NCBI GenBank assembly: GCA_963765495.1
Contig: CAVXWP010000012.1
Coordinates: 32,001-96,000, forward strand
Length of the DNA: 64,000 nucleotides
Reading direction: 5' to 3'
Origin: Blastocatellia bacterium
Lineage (GTDB): Bacteria > Acidobacteriota > Blastocatellia > UBA7656
The notes under the pieces are model-generated. The model ran no database searches and was not told the origin of the DNA. It was given only the letters and a program-made list of their open reading frames with translations. Below, one piece after another: positions 19,571 to 29,870 of this stretch (positions are counted from its first letter, which is position 1; the number at the start of each line of letters is the position of its first letter). The translations under genes were made by a program, and so were the position numbers.

Positions 19571-20107
19571 TCAACCGCCGAATTGGTCTTCCCTGTTTTT
19601 GAACAGCAGGTTGAAGGTGGTCATAGAGCCGTAACAGCGCGTGATGTACTGTTGCAATTCCACCTTGTCGGCTTCCGCCAGTTTATCGTAGCTGTTTATC
19701 TTCTGTTCGAGCACTCGCAGATTATTTCGCATCATCACGATCTTATGAAAGAAGACTTCGAGCGGCACCTCTTTGGCCTGAAGCGCAGCATCGGCGGGCT
19801 GTAAAATCATACGCCCGTCGTGCCAGCGCACTCCGAGTTCCTCGATCACAGAGTCGGGTTTTTCAAGTCCCAGCTCCGCGATGACCGCATCCGCCGTCTG
19901 CTTTATGAAGACCGCCAGCGGAACATCAAGCCCGTTTATGGCGGCGGTCGCCTCTGCCGGTTCGAGGTTACTCTTTTCAGGAGAAACCGATCTGACGCCT
20001 TCGTCGAAGTGTATGTCGGCGGCGTGCTCGGAGATGGCCTTTACCACTCCGAGACCGTAATGCGGATGCTCAACTTTCATGCCTATGTGTAGTGATTCGA
20101 TTTTCAT
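19571..20107 (-). CDS. Conserved hypothetical protein (N-terminal SH3-like HPxYGxG module)
   Basis: VEHPHYGLGVV; conserved-looking C-terminus FFHKIVMMRNNLRVLEQKIN...YITRCYGSMTTFN. Confidence 0.75.
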   Translation of the reverse strand: MKIESLHIGMKVEHPHYGLGVVKAISEHAADIHFDEGVRSVSPEKSNLEPAEATAAINGLDVPLAVFIKQTADAVIAELGLEKPDSVIEELGVRWHDGRMILQPADAALQAKEVPLEVFFHKIVMMRNNLRVLEQKINSYDKLAEADKVELQQYITRCYGSMTTFNLLFKNREDQFGG

Positions 20108-20140
20108 GACATCCTTCGAATGAGATATGACGCGCGCCTC

Positions 20141-20178
20141 GGGATTTGAGATCTGAGAAATTTCAAATCTCAAATCCC
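20141..20178. repeat. Short inverted heptamer element (GATTTGA/TCAAATC)
   Basis: GGGATTTGAGAT ... ATCTCAAATCCC. Confidence 0.65.
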
Positions 20179-20182
20179 CCTG

Positions 20183-20380
20183 CTAATCGCCTTTGGAAAA
20201 TACATCTATTATCAAGGGAATGGTCGTTGCCGCGCCGACCAGAAAGAGCGCCCAGCCGGCGGCTCGCCTCTGATCCGTATTGAGCCTGTCGGCAAGCAAC
20301 AGGCCCACTCCCGCTCCAAACGCCGCTCGCGTGCCGGCGATCAGGGCTATCTCGGGCAATGTCATTAGTCTTTGTTTCAT
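20183..20380 (-). CDS. Small two-TM membrane protein
   Basis: MKQRLMTLPEIALIAGTRAAFGAGVGLLLA...; AGGAGG SD overlapping the end of the upstream gene. Confidence 0.75.
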   Translation of the reverse strand: MKQRLMTLPEIALIAGTRAAFGAGVGLLLADRLNTDQRRAAGWALFLVGAATTIPLIIDVFSKGD

Positions 20381-20385
20381 AGTCG

Positions 20386-21519
20386 TCAACCTCCTTTTTT
20401 TTCGCTCGCCGTGACCGCTTTGCTGATGTCGCGCAGACTCACATATCCGACAATCAAGCCGTTGCCGTCCAGCACGACCGCCCGACCGAGCCCGTTGCCG
20501 GATAAGACCGTCCGCGCTTGCAGAAGGGGAGTGAGCGAGCTTATGAACATCGAAGTGTCTACGGGTCGCATACAATCGCGAGCAGTCAGGTCGGTCCATT
20601 TTTCTCTGGGAACAGATTTCAATTCTTCCAGCAGCAGCAGACCGTGCAGCCGCTTATCGCGCGCCACAGGAAAACTGGTATGGTGATTGTTCTTGAGCAC
20701 CTGATTGATAAAATCGCTGACTTTCATTTCAGGGGGAATCAGCACCACATCGCGGTTCATCACGTCTTCGATAGTGCCGCGTCTGACTCGCCACACGCCG
20801 TACTGACGACCGTCAGCCGTGCCAAGCATCAACGCGATTATCAATCCGATTATTATGCTCCATGTTCCGGTTATCCATTCGCCGTAAAGGAATACGTAAA
20901 CACCCGACAACACGAGCGCAATCGCTATCATTAGCCCTGCCCGTACTGCCGTCTGAGTCGCCGTCCGAAAATTCTTGTTGAGCTTCCAGAGTATGGCTCT
21001 CAGCACCCGCCCGCCGTCGAGCGGGAGGCCGGGCAGGATATTGAATCCGGCCAGAAACCAGTTTGCTATTCCCAGATGTCTGAGAACCTGCCCCGTTCCG
21101 CGAAAGGTTGTGCCACGAAGAAAAATCTCGTCGGCCAGAAAGAATATCATCCCAAGAATAAAGCTCGCGCCGGGGCCGACGACCGCGATCTTGAATTCCG
21201 ACGAAGGACGCGCGGGCTGGCCTTCGAGCGCAGCAAGCCCGCCAAAGATATAGAGCGTGATATTGGTTGTGCCTAGCCCTTCTACGCGAGCCATCAATGC
21301 GTGCGCAAGCTCGTGAGCGATGACGGAGACAAACAGCAGTATCGTCGTCAGCGACCCGAGCGCCCAGTACTCATAAAGCGGACGATTGGGCACAACGCCC
21401 GGCAGATAGGCCGCAATGATCCAGGCGTAAAGAGGAAAGACCGCAAGCCAGCTATAATGCGCCTGGATGGGTATGCCAAAAATACGCCCCAGCCGAAATG
21501 GTTTGGTATTGATCAACAT
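20386..21519 (-). CDS. Site-2 protease (M50) with tandem CBS domains
   Basis: HELAH, AGP-like VGP, FNILPGLPLDGG; C-terminal CBS pair. Confidence 0.94.
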   Translation of the reverse strand: MLINTKPFRLGRIFGIPIQAHYSWLAVFPLYAWIIAAYLPGVVPNRPLYEYWALGSLTTILLFVSVIAHELAHALMARVEGLGTTNITLYIFGGLAALEGQPARPSSEFKIAVVGPGASFILGMIFFLADEIFLRGTTFRGTGQVLRHLGIANWFLAGFNILPGLPLDGGRVLRAILWKLNKNFRTATQTAVRAGLMIAIALVLSGVYVFLYGEWITGTWSIIIGLIIALMLGTADGRQYGVWRVRRGTIEDVMNRDVVLIPPEMKVSDFINQVLKNNHHTSFPVARDKRLHGLLLLEELKSVPREKWTDLTARDCMRPVDTSMFISSLTPLLQARTVLSGNGLGRAVVLDGNGLIVGYVSLRDISKAVTASEKKGG

Positions 21520-21600
21520 GATTTTCAGACTGCTTATCGCATGTTCGCGCTCAAATAGAGTTTACATACGGCAGCCCGCTATCTCAAGGAAGTGGCTGAC

Positions 21601-21768
<168 letters not shown>

Positions 21769-21774
<6 letters not shown>

Positions 21775-23412
21775 ATTGGAGATGCTTACGGCTACGGGCG
21801 CTTTGTTGCGCGCTACTTTTAGCGAGACAGCGCCCTGAGTGGTGGAGAACAATGCCCTTAACTCGACAGAATTGACCGGCTCTTTTTCCTGAGCGCCAAC
21901 GATGACATCGCCCGCCTTAAGCCCGGCCTTTTCGGCCGCGCTGCCCGGCTTTACGAGCTTTACCAGTATTCCGCCCGTGGTTCCGAAATAAGCAGCCAGT
22001 TGCGGTGTCAGGTCTTTGCCGATAAATCCCGTGGAGAAGACTATATCCTGCGTTGGGGGATCGTTTCCCTGATTGTCGGCTTTTAATTCCTGTTGATCCG
22101 GTTTTTGTTGGTCGAGCCGCTGTTGATCGAGCGAGCGCATGTTGTCGTAAAGATGCCGAAGCTCTATCTCAAGCTCGCGGAGCGCTTCGTTGCGCTCCTT
22201 CGTTACGGGAACTTTGAGGTAGGCTCTATATTGAGTCCTGAGTTCTTCGATACGTTTTTCGACGTATTCGCGCTGAGTCAGGAAAACGTCGCCTGCCGGC
22301 AGATCGTAAATCATCGGTCCGTTGCAGTCACGAGCGCCAAGCACCACCCCTATATTCAGAAGCTGGTGATTGCGTATAGTCTTCAACGTCACATTGCGGC
22401 CCACGGGCGAGGATGAAAGCAAGGCGCTTAAATCCGTTGTGCCCACTACGTTGTAGTCGCCGAGGCCGACTATCACATCATTGGGCTGTATGCCGCTCGT
22501 CGCTGCGGGGCTATCGGCTATGACCTCGCGCACGATAACGCCTGACTTATCCGTAAGGCCAAGGGTCTCTATTTCCGTCGAAGGAAGTTGCGCCAGGCTG
22601 ACTCCAACAGCGCCGAGCCACCCCGACGGCACATTATCGTTTCTCTCTATGACCCGCTTTGCGATCTGATTGCGTATCAGATCAATCGGGAACAGGTAGG
22701 CGCGTCCAAATCCCGCGTATTGCGTCATGCCGACTATCTGATTTGCGGTATTGGTCACTATGCTGCTGTCGTTGCGCGAGAGCAAACCTTTGGAATAGAG
22801 CGTGAGCGCGCCACGCGCTTTCGAGTATATGCTGTCGGGTTCTATCTCTCCGCTTGTTATTTTGACCGAAGGGTCAAGATAAAACTGGTTGTTCTTTTCG
22901 GCCGGCGCTGCCTTGGGCACGAAATCCACGCTCAGTATCTTCACCTCTTCTTTGCCCGAAGCCACGGCAGTAAATGCATTATCCGGCAGATTCACCTTTA
23001 GCGAATCTGCTTCAAGCACGGCAAAGCCTGTGGCGCAATCAACCCCTACAAGTCGCGCCGCCCGCCTGTATCCGTCGTCGGTTGTGATTGAAATCTTCTG
23101 ATTTTTATCCTCGGGGTCAAGGTTGGTCAGGCGGGTTACAACATGGCCCTGATTATCTACAACCAGGCCCGTCACGACATTGATTATATTGTCGGGCGCA
23201 GACCCCGGCACGCCGAGTCGAACATCCTGCCGCGCGCGTATGCGCTCAAGCAGCTTGTGCAAATCCACGACGTGTACGACCGAAACGATGAGCGGCGATT
23301 TGCCGCTTGCGTAAGGAGGTGTCTGAGGCTGCTGGGCAAACATTGTCCCGGCCGCCTGCAAGATCAATAGATATACTGCTACTACCCTTTTCACCATAGA
23401 TGAAAAATTCAA
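21769..23412 (-). CDS. HtrA/DegP-like protein with two PDZ domains and degenerate catalytic triad
   Basis: Signal peptide; trypsin-like scaffold; GWLG PDZ entry; SPAATSGIQPNDVI and SAAEKAGLKAGDVI PDZ motifs; no TNxH, D or GNSGG. Confidence 0.8.
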
Positions 23413-23568
23413 ACTCCTACAACCTTAAAAATCGAGGTCAAAGACTCACTGGGGGTGAGAAATAAAAGATTCCAGGGCATGATTTACAAGACCAGCCGCG
23501 TCCGTTTCAAATCTCTTTTCTGTAAATCATGTCGCTCTGCTTCGTTGCCCCGCCTGGCGAGGTTTGTT

Positions 23569-24285
23569 TCAGAATGTGGTCTTGACATTCTGCGGCGTCT
23601 GCCGTCCCGCGTTAACATAAAGGAGCGGCTGCGCGCCTACGCTCACGGTAGGCATCGGCACTTCGATCTCTCCGTCCCTCGCCACAACGAGCACCACCGG
23701 CATATCTGCCTCGCTCAACCCTCGTTGGCCTGCCGTCCTTGGCTCAGGCTGCGCGTGTCTCGCATGTCTGGGCGGAGTCGTGTAATGCACAGGCAAACTG
23801 GCGCTCGCCGTCAACGGATGATTATTTTCCGAGGCAACGGCGGGACTGCCCGTTTCAGGTGGTGTGATCTCTTTGTTCGGCGCTGGTGCTGGTGCTTTTG
23901 GCGTAACAGTCGACCCGGCTGCCGCGATCTGATTTGAAGAAGAATTCTGATCCGAGCCTGTGAAAAAGCCCGCGTACTGCGCGCCTGCTACGACGACTAT
24001 AAGAGCCGCCGTGGCCGCGCCCGTTCTCCATAGAAAAGCCGCGTCAAACCACGAGAAAGTGCGTTTTGTGGTGCGCTCTTTGAGCCGCGCTCTGAGCATG
24101 GCATCGAAATTCGCGGGCACCGTGACCCTTGAATCGAGCGCGAGCAACTCTCTGAGCCTGGCCCGCTCGTCGGCAAATGCGCTGCAATCGCTGCACGAAG
24201 CGACGTGGGCATTCGCCTCAAAGGGGAGTATATCGGGGCGGTCGGCTTCGTCTATCTGTTTTTTTACCTGGTTACAACCAATCAT
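23569..24285 (-). CDS. Zinc-binding anti-sigma factor (ZAS), single TM
   Basis: HVASCSDC (HxxxCxxC), TM helix, directly downstream of an ECF sigma gene. Confidence 0.85.
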   Translation of the reverse strand: MIGCNQVKKQIDEADRPDILPFEANAHVASCSDCSAFADERARLRELLALDSRVTVPANFDAMLRARLKERTTKRTFSWFDAAFLWRTGAATAALIVVVAGAQYAGFFTGSDQNSSSNQIAAAGSTVTPKAPAPAPNKEITPPETGSPAVASENNHPLTASASLPVHYTTPPRHARHAQPEPRTAGQRGLSEADMPVVLVVARDGEIEVPMPTVSVGAQPLLYVNAGRQTPQNVKTTF

Positions 24286-24324
24286 AAGATTACTCGTTTC
24301 CTGCTTTCGCCACCCGGTGTGGCC

Positions 24325-24957
24325 TCAAATGTACGCGCTCAGCTTCTCTTTCAAGAGGTTGCGAGCGCGATTGATACGTGACTTGACAGTTCCTTCCGAG
24401 AGTTCAAGCACCTCCGCAATGCGGTCGTAGCTGAGTCCCTCTACATCGCGCAGCACAATGGCGGCGCGGTATTTTTCAGGCAAGGAGGTGATGGCGCGGG
24501 CCACGGCCTGGCGGCGCTCGGTTTCGATCATCGCCTCGTCTTGCAGGGGATTCAAATCCGGCGGGTCAATCTCGACCGGGTCCCCGTTGTCGTCGCTGAA
24601 CGGCGTAAAAAGCGAAACGACCTTGCGCCGTTTCCGCTTGCGAAGCTCGCTGATGGCAAGGTTCGTGGCTATACGGTATATGTAAGTCGAGAAGCTGTAG
24701 TTGGCCTGATAACGAGACGCGCTCGTATAAACACGGATAAAAGTTTCCTGCGCCAACTCGACAGACCTCTCGTAATCGTCAATCATCCGATAAACGAAAT
24801 TGGTAATCGGATTGCGATACCGCCGCACGATCTCCTGAAATGCAGCTTCGTCGCCATCGCGAATAGCGGCAACCAGTTCGTGATCGTTCGCTGTTTCAAC
24901 CGATCTGCTGCTGCCACCGAATCCTATTACTTGCGCCTGATGAGTAAGAGTTGCCAT
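24325..24957 (-). CDS. ECF RNA polymerase sigma factor
   Basis: GDEAAF, ELAQETF, FSTYIYRIATN and region 4 GLSYDRIA...GTVKSRINRAR. Confidence 0.95.
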   Translation of the reverse strand: MATLTHQAQVIGFGGSSRSVETANDHELVAAIRDGDEAAFQEIVRRYRNPITNFVYRMIDDYERSVELAQETFIRVYTSASRYQANYSFSTYIYRIATNLAISELRKRKRRKVVSLFTPFSDDNGDPVEIDPPDLNPLQDEAMIETERRQAVARAITSLPEKYRAAIVLRDVEGLSYDRIAEVLELSEGTVKSRINRARNLLKEKLSAYI

Positions 24958-25090
24958 TCGGCGTTGTCGCCTTCTCCAGTGGTTTTTGCCTCCATATATT
25001 ATACCCACATTAATCACGCCCGCAAAAACATAAAGTTCCATAATGTAAAAAGATGCGCCCGGTCGAAGGCAAGCAACGGGTTCCGGCTGG

Positions 25091-25118
25091 TTGACAAAAA
25101 GAACATCGCTTATATAAT
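25091..25118 (+). promoter_or_regulatory. Sigma70 promoter of the yceD-rpmF-plsX-fab operon
   Basis: TTGACA-16nt-TATAAT. Confidence 0.75.
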
Positions 25119-25223
25119 CATATCTTTTGCGCTGAAGGGCTTTTTTGTGTGATTATAACTGTTAAGTCTGAACCACCAGTCGCGCATAGTCCGGGCCTGT
25201 TCGCCCGGCTGGAAAGCTTTGGG

Positions 25224-25751
25224 ATGAATATTAGCATCGGCCAGATAAGAGAGGATGACGGTCTTGAAGTCCATCATCTCTATCCGGAGGGAGAACCCCG
25301 ACTGGAGGACGAAGACAGCCGCATAACGGGGCGGTCGTCGCTTGATCTGCGCGCCGAGCGAAACGGCGACGAGGTGCAGATCGAAGGTACGCTAACCGCG
25401 ACGGTCGAAATTGACTGCGACCGTTGCCTGACGCCTTTATCGGTCCCCGTTAAACAAAGCTTCGACCTTCTTTATATACCTCCGCTTAAGACCACAGGCA
25501 CCGGGGATGAGCGGGAACTTGGTCGAGATGATCTTTCTATAGCCTTCTATCATGACCAGACGATTGATCTCGACGACCTCGTGCGAGAGCAGATCGAACT
25601 GACGTTCCCGATGGCGAGGCTGTGCAGCGAAGGGTGTCGCGGGTTGTGCCCGGAGTGCGGCGCTAACTTAAATGAGGGCCAGTGCGCCTGCCGTTTCGAG
25701 CAGATTGATCCGCGATGGGCCGCGCTGAAAGAGTTGAAATCTGGAAATTGA
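25224..25751 (+). CDS. yceD: YceD/DUF177 family protein
   Basis: CDRCL, CRGLCPECG, DPRWAAL; directly upstream of rpmF. Confidence 0.93.
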   Translation: MNISIGQIREDDGLEVHHLYPEGEPRLEDEDSRITGRSSLDLRAERNGDEVQIEGTLTATVEIDCDRCLTPLSVPVKQSFDLLYIPPLKTTGTGDERELGRDDLSIAFYHDQTIDLDDLVREQIELTFPMARLCSEGCRGLCPECGANLNEGQCACRFEQIDPRWAALKELKSGN

Positions 25752-25766
25752 AGGAGTAGTAAGACA

Positions 25767-25952
25767 ATGCCAAATCCTAAAAGGAAACATTCGAAATCTC
25801 GCACAGGAAAGCGCAGGGCGCACGATCACCTGCAACCCCCCGCCGTTGGAAATTGCCCTAACTGCGGCGAACCGAAGATGCCGCACCGCGTCTGTCCTAA
25901 TTGCGGGTTTTATCGGGGCCGCGTGGCCATCGAGATGAAAGAAGAAGAGTAA
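25767..25952 (+). CDS. rpmF: 50S ribosomal protein bL32 (Zn-binding form)
   Basis: PNPKRKHSKSR...CPNCGE..PHRVCPNCGFY. Confidence 0.97.
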   Translation: MPNPKRKHSKSRTGKRRAHDHLQPPAVGNCPNCGEPKMPHRVCPNCGFYRGRVAIEMKEEE

Positions 25953-26018
25953 GTCTCTTCGGCGGGCGCGCCTTTAAGGCTGCATCTTTAACCGCCTCTC
26001 TGACTTAGAGATTATTTA

Positions 26019-27056
26019 ATGCTTAGGATCGCTGTGGATGCAATGGGAGGCGATCACGCTCCCACAAGCGAGGTCGAAGGAGCCATCGAGGCCGTGCGTG
26101 ACCTCGGTGTTTCAGTAATCCTCGTGGGACGATCCGAAGAGATCAAGACGCAGCTTGAAAAGCACCGCGACGGCCGGGGCAAGAGGGAACACCTGTGGCG
26201 TGATTCGCAAATAGAGATTGTTGATGCGCGCGAGGTCATCACTATGGATGATCCGGTTGCAACAGCCGTCCGCCGCAAACGCAACAGTTCGATTCGCGTC
26301 GCGGCAAACCTCGTGCGTCACGGTGAGGCCGAGGCGCTTGTGAGCGCGGGAAACACGGGCGCGGTGATGATGACGGCAAAGCTTGTGATCGGCACGCTTC
26401 CAAAGGTCGACCGCCCGGCGCTTGCAGCCGTGTTGCCTACTATCACGGGACGAAGCACCGTGTTGCTCGACGTAGGGGCGAACGCCGAATGCAAGCCGTC
26501 GCACCTGCGCGATTTTGCCGTTATGGGATCGCTCTATTCGAGCGTGGTTGTAGGCATTCACAACCCTCGGGTAGGGCTTCTCTCGATTGGCGAAGAAGAG
26601 ATCAAGGGCAACGACCTGACAAAAGAAGCGTTCAAGCTGCTGAAGAGTTCGTCGCTGAATTTTATCGGCAACATCGAGGGCCGCGACATGTGTACGGGGC
26701 AGGCCGATGTGATCGTTTGTGATGGATTCACGGGCAATGTCGCGCTAAAAGTGAGCGAAGGCGTATTCGAATTCATTATGGGCCTGCTCAAACAGGAATT
26801 GAAATCGTCGCTCCAGACAAAGGCAGGCGCAGTGCTTACGCGGCCTGCCTTTCAGCGATTCAAGCAACGGCTGGATTACGCCGAATTCGGCGGCGCTCCG
26901 CTTTTGGGAATCAAAGGCGTCACGGTCATCTGCCACGGACGTTCAACTCCAAGAGCCATTCGAAACGCCATCGCCGTAGCCAGGGATTATTGTCTCGGAG
27001 ATGTCAACGAACGGATCGGACTTGAGATAGGCGTGCCGGTGATCAGTGGTCAGTGA
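26019..27056 (+). CDS. plsX: Phosphate acyltransferase PlsX
   Basis: IAVDAMGGDHAP, SAGNTGA, LDVGAN, DGFTGN, GGAPLLG and HGRS motifs. Confidence 0.97.
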   Translation: MLRIAVDAMGGDHAPTSEVEGAIEAVRDLGVSVILVGRSEEIKTQLEKHRDGRGKREHLWRDSQIEIVDAREVITMDDPVATAVRRKRNSSIRVAANLVRHGEAEALVSAGNTGAVMMTAKLVIGTLPKVDRPALAAVLPTITGRSTVLLDVGANAECKPSHLRDFAVMGSLYSSVVVGIHNPRVGLLSIGEEEIKGNDLTKEAFKLLKSSSLNFIGNIEGRDMCTGQADVIVCDGFTGNVALKVSEGVFEFIMGLLKQELKSSLQTKAGAVLTRPAFQRFKQRLDYAEFGGAPLLGIKGVTVICHGRSTPRAIRNAIAVARDYCLGDVNERIGLEIGVPVISGQ

Positions 27057-27169
27057 TCGGTGGTCAGTGATCGGTGAAAAGACAGGGCGATTATGAAAAC
27101 GAAGAGGTTTAATTTGATGAGCCGGAAAGTTATTACACCTGGCTACCGGCCACCGGCCACCGATCACTG
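27037..27169. repeat. Inverted heptamer array (CRGTGRT)n ... (CACYGRY)n between plsX and fabD
   Basis: Six units at 27037-27077 containing the plsX stop; inverted units at about 27136-27169 ending 3 nt before the fabD ATG. Confidence 0.85.
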
Positions 27170-27172
27170 CTT

Positions 27173-28126
27173 ATGAAGACTGCGTTTCTATTTCCGGGGC
27201 AGGGCGCGCAGAAGGTGGGGATGGGCAGATCCCTGATCGAATCCGTCGAGCCGGCCCGACAGATATTTGAAGAGGCGGACGCCGTACTGGGCGCGAGACT
27301 TTCAAGCCTCTGCCTTGAAGGGCCGGAAGAAGAGTTGCGCCTGACGGCCAATACTCAGCCCGCGATCCTTACGGTCTCGATTGCCGCCCTGCGCGCGCTC
27401 GAAGCCAGAGGCGTGCGGGCGGATTTCGTAGCCGGTCACTCGCTTGGCGAATATTCGGCGCTTGTGGCGGCAGGCTCTTTGAAATTTGCCGACGCCCTTC
27501 GAGTAGTCAGAAAGCGCGGAGAGTTTATGCAGGAGGCTGTGCCCGAGGGCGAAGGCGCGATGGCTGCCCTGGTCGGCTGCGACGCTGAAACGGCAAACTC
27601 GATTTGCAGCGAGGCCGCAAGCCTCGGAGTCTGCGCCCCGGCCAATCTGAACGCACCTAATCAGATCGTGATCGCCGGTCATCGTTCAGCCGTAGAGCGC
27701 GCCGTAGAACTTGCTAAACAGAAGGGCGTACGCAAAGCAGTTCTGCTTGCCGTGAGCGCGCCGTTTCATTGCGAGTTGATGAAACCCGCGGCAGAACGGC
27801 TCGCCGAGGTGCTCGATGTGACCGAGTTTGCGGATTTGAATTTGCCCCTCGTAGGCAATGTAGACGCGGAGATAATACTGGCCGGGCGCGAGGCAAAAGA
27901 CGCATTGCTCAGACAGGTGGCATCACCCGTTCGATGGACTGAATCGGTTCAGCTCATGCTCGATCAGGGCGTGAGACGGTTTATAGAAGTGGGGCCGGGC
28001 AAAGTTTTATCGGGGCTGGTAAAGCAAATCAGCCGCGACAGCCAGATATCGGATGCCGTGTTATTGAATGTAGAAGATTCTGATTCGCTTGATCATACGC
28101 TTGCCGCTATAACACAAGTGAGTTGA
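27173..28126 (+). CDS. fabD: Malonyl-CoA:ACP transacylase
   Basis: FPGQGAQ, TQPA, GHSLGEY, SAPFHC and PVRW motifs. Confidence 0.97.
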   Translation: MKTAFLFPGQGAQKVGMGRSLIESVEPARQIFEEADAVLGARLSSLCLEGPEEELRLTANTQPAILTVSIAALRALEARGVRADFVAGHSLGEYSALVAAGSLKFADALRVVRKRGEFMQEAVPEGEGAMAALVGCDAETANSICSEAASLGVCAPANLNAPNQIVIAGHRSAVERAVELAKQKGVRKAVLLAVSAPFHCELMKPAAERLAEVLDVTEFADLNLPLVGNVDAEIILAGREAKDALLRQVASPVRWTESVQLMLDQGVRRFIEVGPGKVLSGLVKQISRDSQISDAVLLNVEDSDSLDHTLAAITQVS

Positions 28127-28209
28127 TTAGGGCGCGGTCTTCTTTCATGATTTAACCCGGCGCTGTAGTGATTTGACTAATTTTTTGGAAACGTTAGGAG
28201 GAGTTACAA

Positions 28210-28452
28210 ATGTCAGAAGGTTCCGTTGAGGCAAAGGTTACACAGATAATAATGGACGAGCTTGGGGTAGACGAGTCGGAAGTGACCGCCAATGCTCGTT
28301 TTATTGATGATCTAGGCGCTGATTCGCTCGATACGGTAGAACTCGTTATGCGGTTCGAAGAAGAGTTCAATATCGAAATACCGGATGAGGACGCTGAAAA
28401 GATAACCAGCGTGCGCGATGCGGTTGATTACATCGAGAAGCATTCCAAATAA
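28210..28452 (+). CDS. acpP: Acyl carrier protein
   Basis: [11 protein letters not shown] phosphopantetheine site; AGGAGGAG SD. Confidence 0.97.
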   Translation: MSEGSVEAKVTQIIMDELGVDESEVTANARFIDDLGADSLDTVELVMRFEEEFNIEIPDEDAEKITSVRDAVDYIEKHSK

Positions 28453-28490
28453 GCGATTCCCGAAGGGAAGCGTTTCTCTGGTTGGAGGTT

Positions 28491-29750
28491 ATGGCTTTGA
28501 ATCGTCGTGTTGTTATTACAGGTATAGGTCTCATTTGCGGCTCGGGCAATACCAAGGAAGAAGTCTGGTCGGATCTGCTTGCCGGGCGCAGTGAAATCTC
28601 TCACATCACCCGGTTCGACGTCAGCAACTTCCCCGTACGCATTGCCAGCGAAGTGAAAAATTTTGACCCCTTGAATTTCATAGAAAAGAAAGAGGTCAAG
28701 AAGATGGACGTCTTCATCCACTACGCGCTGGCAGCGGCGCAAGAAGCAATGGATGATTCCGGTTTGCGCGTCACGGATGAAAACGCGACGCGCATCGGAA
28801 CCTACATAGGTTCGGGCATAGGCGGATTTGGGGTGATCGAGCGCGAGCACGCGAAGTTCTTAAATCATGGGCCGGGCAAGATATCGCCCTTCTTTATCCC
28901 TGCCGCCATTGTAAACCTTGCGGCGGGCCAGGTCTCGATACGCTTTCGGGCCAAGGGGCCAAATTCAGCCACGTGCACAGCCTGCTCTACGGGGGCGCAC
29001 GCGGTCGGCGACAGCTTCAAGATCATTCAGCGCGGGGACGCGGACGCGATGATTTGCGGCGGGGCGGAGGCCGCCATCACTCCCATGGGAGTGGGTGGAT
29101 TCGCCGCTATGCGGGCGCTCTCTACGCGCAACGATGATCCCGAGCATTCCAGTCGTCCGTTTGACGCCGACCGCGACGGTTTCGTCATAGGCGAAGGCGC
29201 GGGCATACTGATCCTCGAAGAGCTAGAGCACGCCCGGGCGCGCGGGGCAAAGATTTACGCCGAGATGGCCGGCTACGGCATGTCGTCGGATGCGTTTCAC
29301 ATCACCCAGCCGTCGGAAGACGGGGATGGCGCCGTTCGGGTGATGCAAAACGCGATCAAGGACGCCGGCGTTGAGACGCACGAGGTTGATTACATCAACG
29401 CGCACGGCACCTCGACCCACTACAACGACAAGCTCGAAACGATGGCCATCAAGCGGGTCTTCGGCGATTCGGCGTACTCGATTCCGGTCAGTTCCACCAA
29501 ATCCATGATGGGGCATCTGCTGGGCGCTGCGGGCGGAGTCGAGGCGGGCGTGATTGCCCTGGCACTTCAGAATCAGGTTATACCGCCCACGGCGAATTAT
29601 GAAAAACCCGACCCTGATTGCGACCTAGATTATGTGCCGAACACCGCGAGGCGGGTCTCGATTCGTTACGCGCTTTCGAATTCGTTTGGGTTTGGCGGCA
29701 CAAACGCTGCCCTGCTGATGAAGCGATTCGAGCAGTCAAACGAAAGCTGA
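28491..29750 (+). CDS. fabF: 3-oxoacyl-ACP synthase II
   Basis: TACSTG, NAHGTST, GHLLGAAG, NSFGFGG; GGAGG SD before ATG 28491. Confidence 0.97.
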   Translation: MALNRRVVITGIGLICGSGNTKEEVWSDLLAGRSEISHITRFDVSNFPVRIASEVKNFDPLNFIEKKEVKKMDVFIHYALAAAQEAMDDSGLRVTDENATRIGTYIGSGIGGFGVIEREHAKFLNHGPGKISPFFIPAAIVNLAAGQVSIRFRAKGPNSATCTACSTGAHAVGDSFKIIQRGDADAMICGGAEAAITPMGVGGFAAMRALSTRNDDPEHSSRPFDADRDGFVIGEGAGILILEELEHARARGAKIYAEMAGYGMSSDAFHITQPSEDGDGAVRVMQNAIKDAGVETHEVDYINAHGTSTHYNDKLETMAIKRVFGDSAYSIPVSSTKSMMGHLLGAAGGVEAGVIALALQNQVIPPTANYEKPDPDCDLDYVPNTARRVSIRYALSNSFGFGGTNAALLMKRFEQSNES

Positions 29751-29870
29751 AGCCGTCCGGGCTCTGAATCGGTTAACGCGCCGCAGCGATTATCTTTGCA
29801 GGCAGTCCGGGCGAGAAACGGTCTCGCCCGTGGATTTTTCTACGCCGGGGATTTATCGAAAAGGAAAGAC

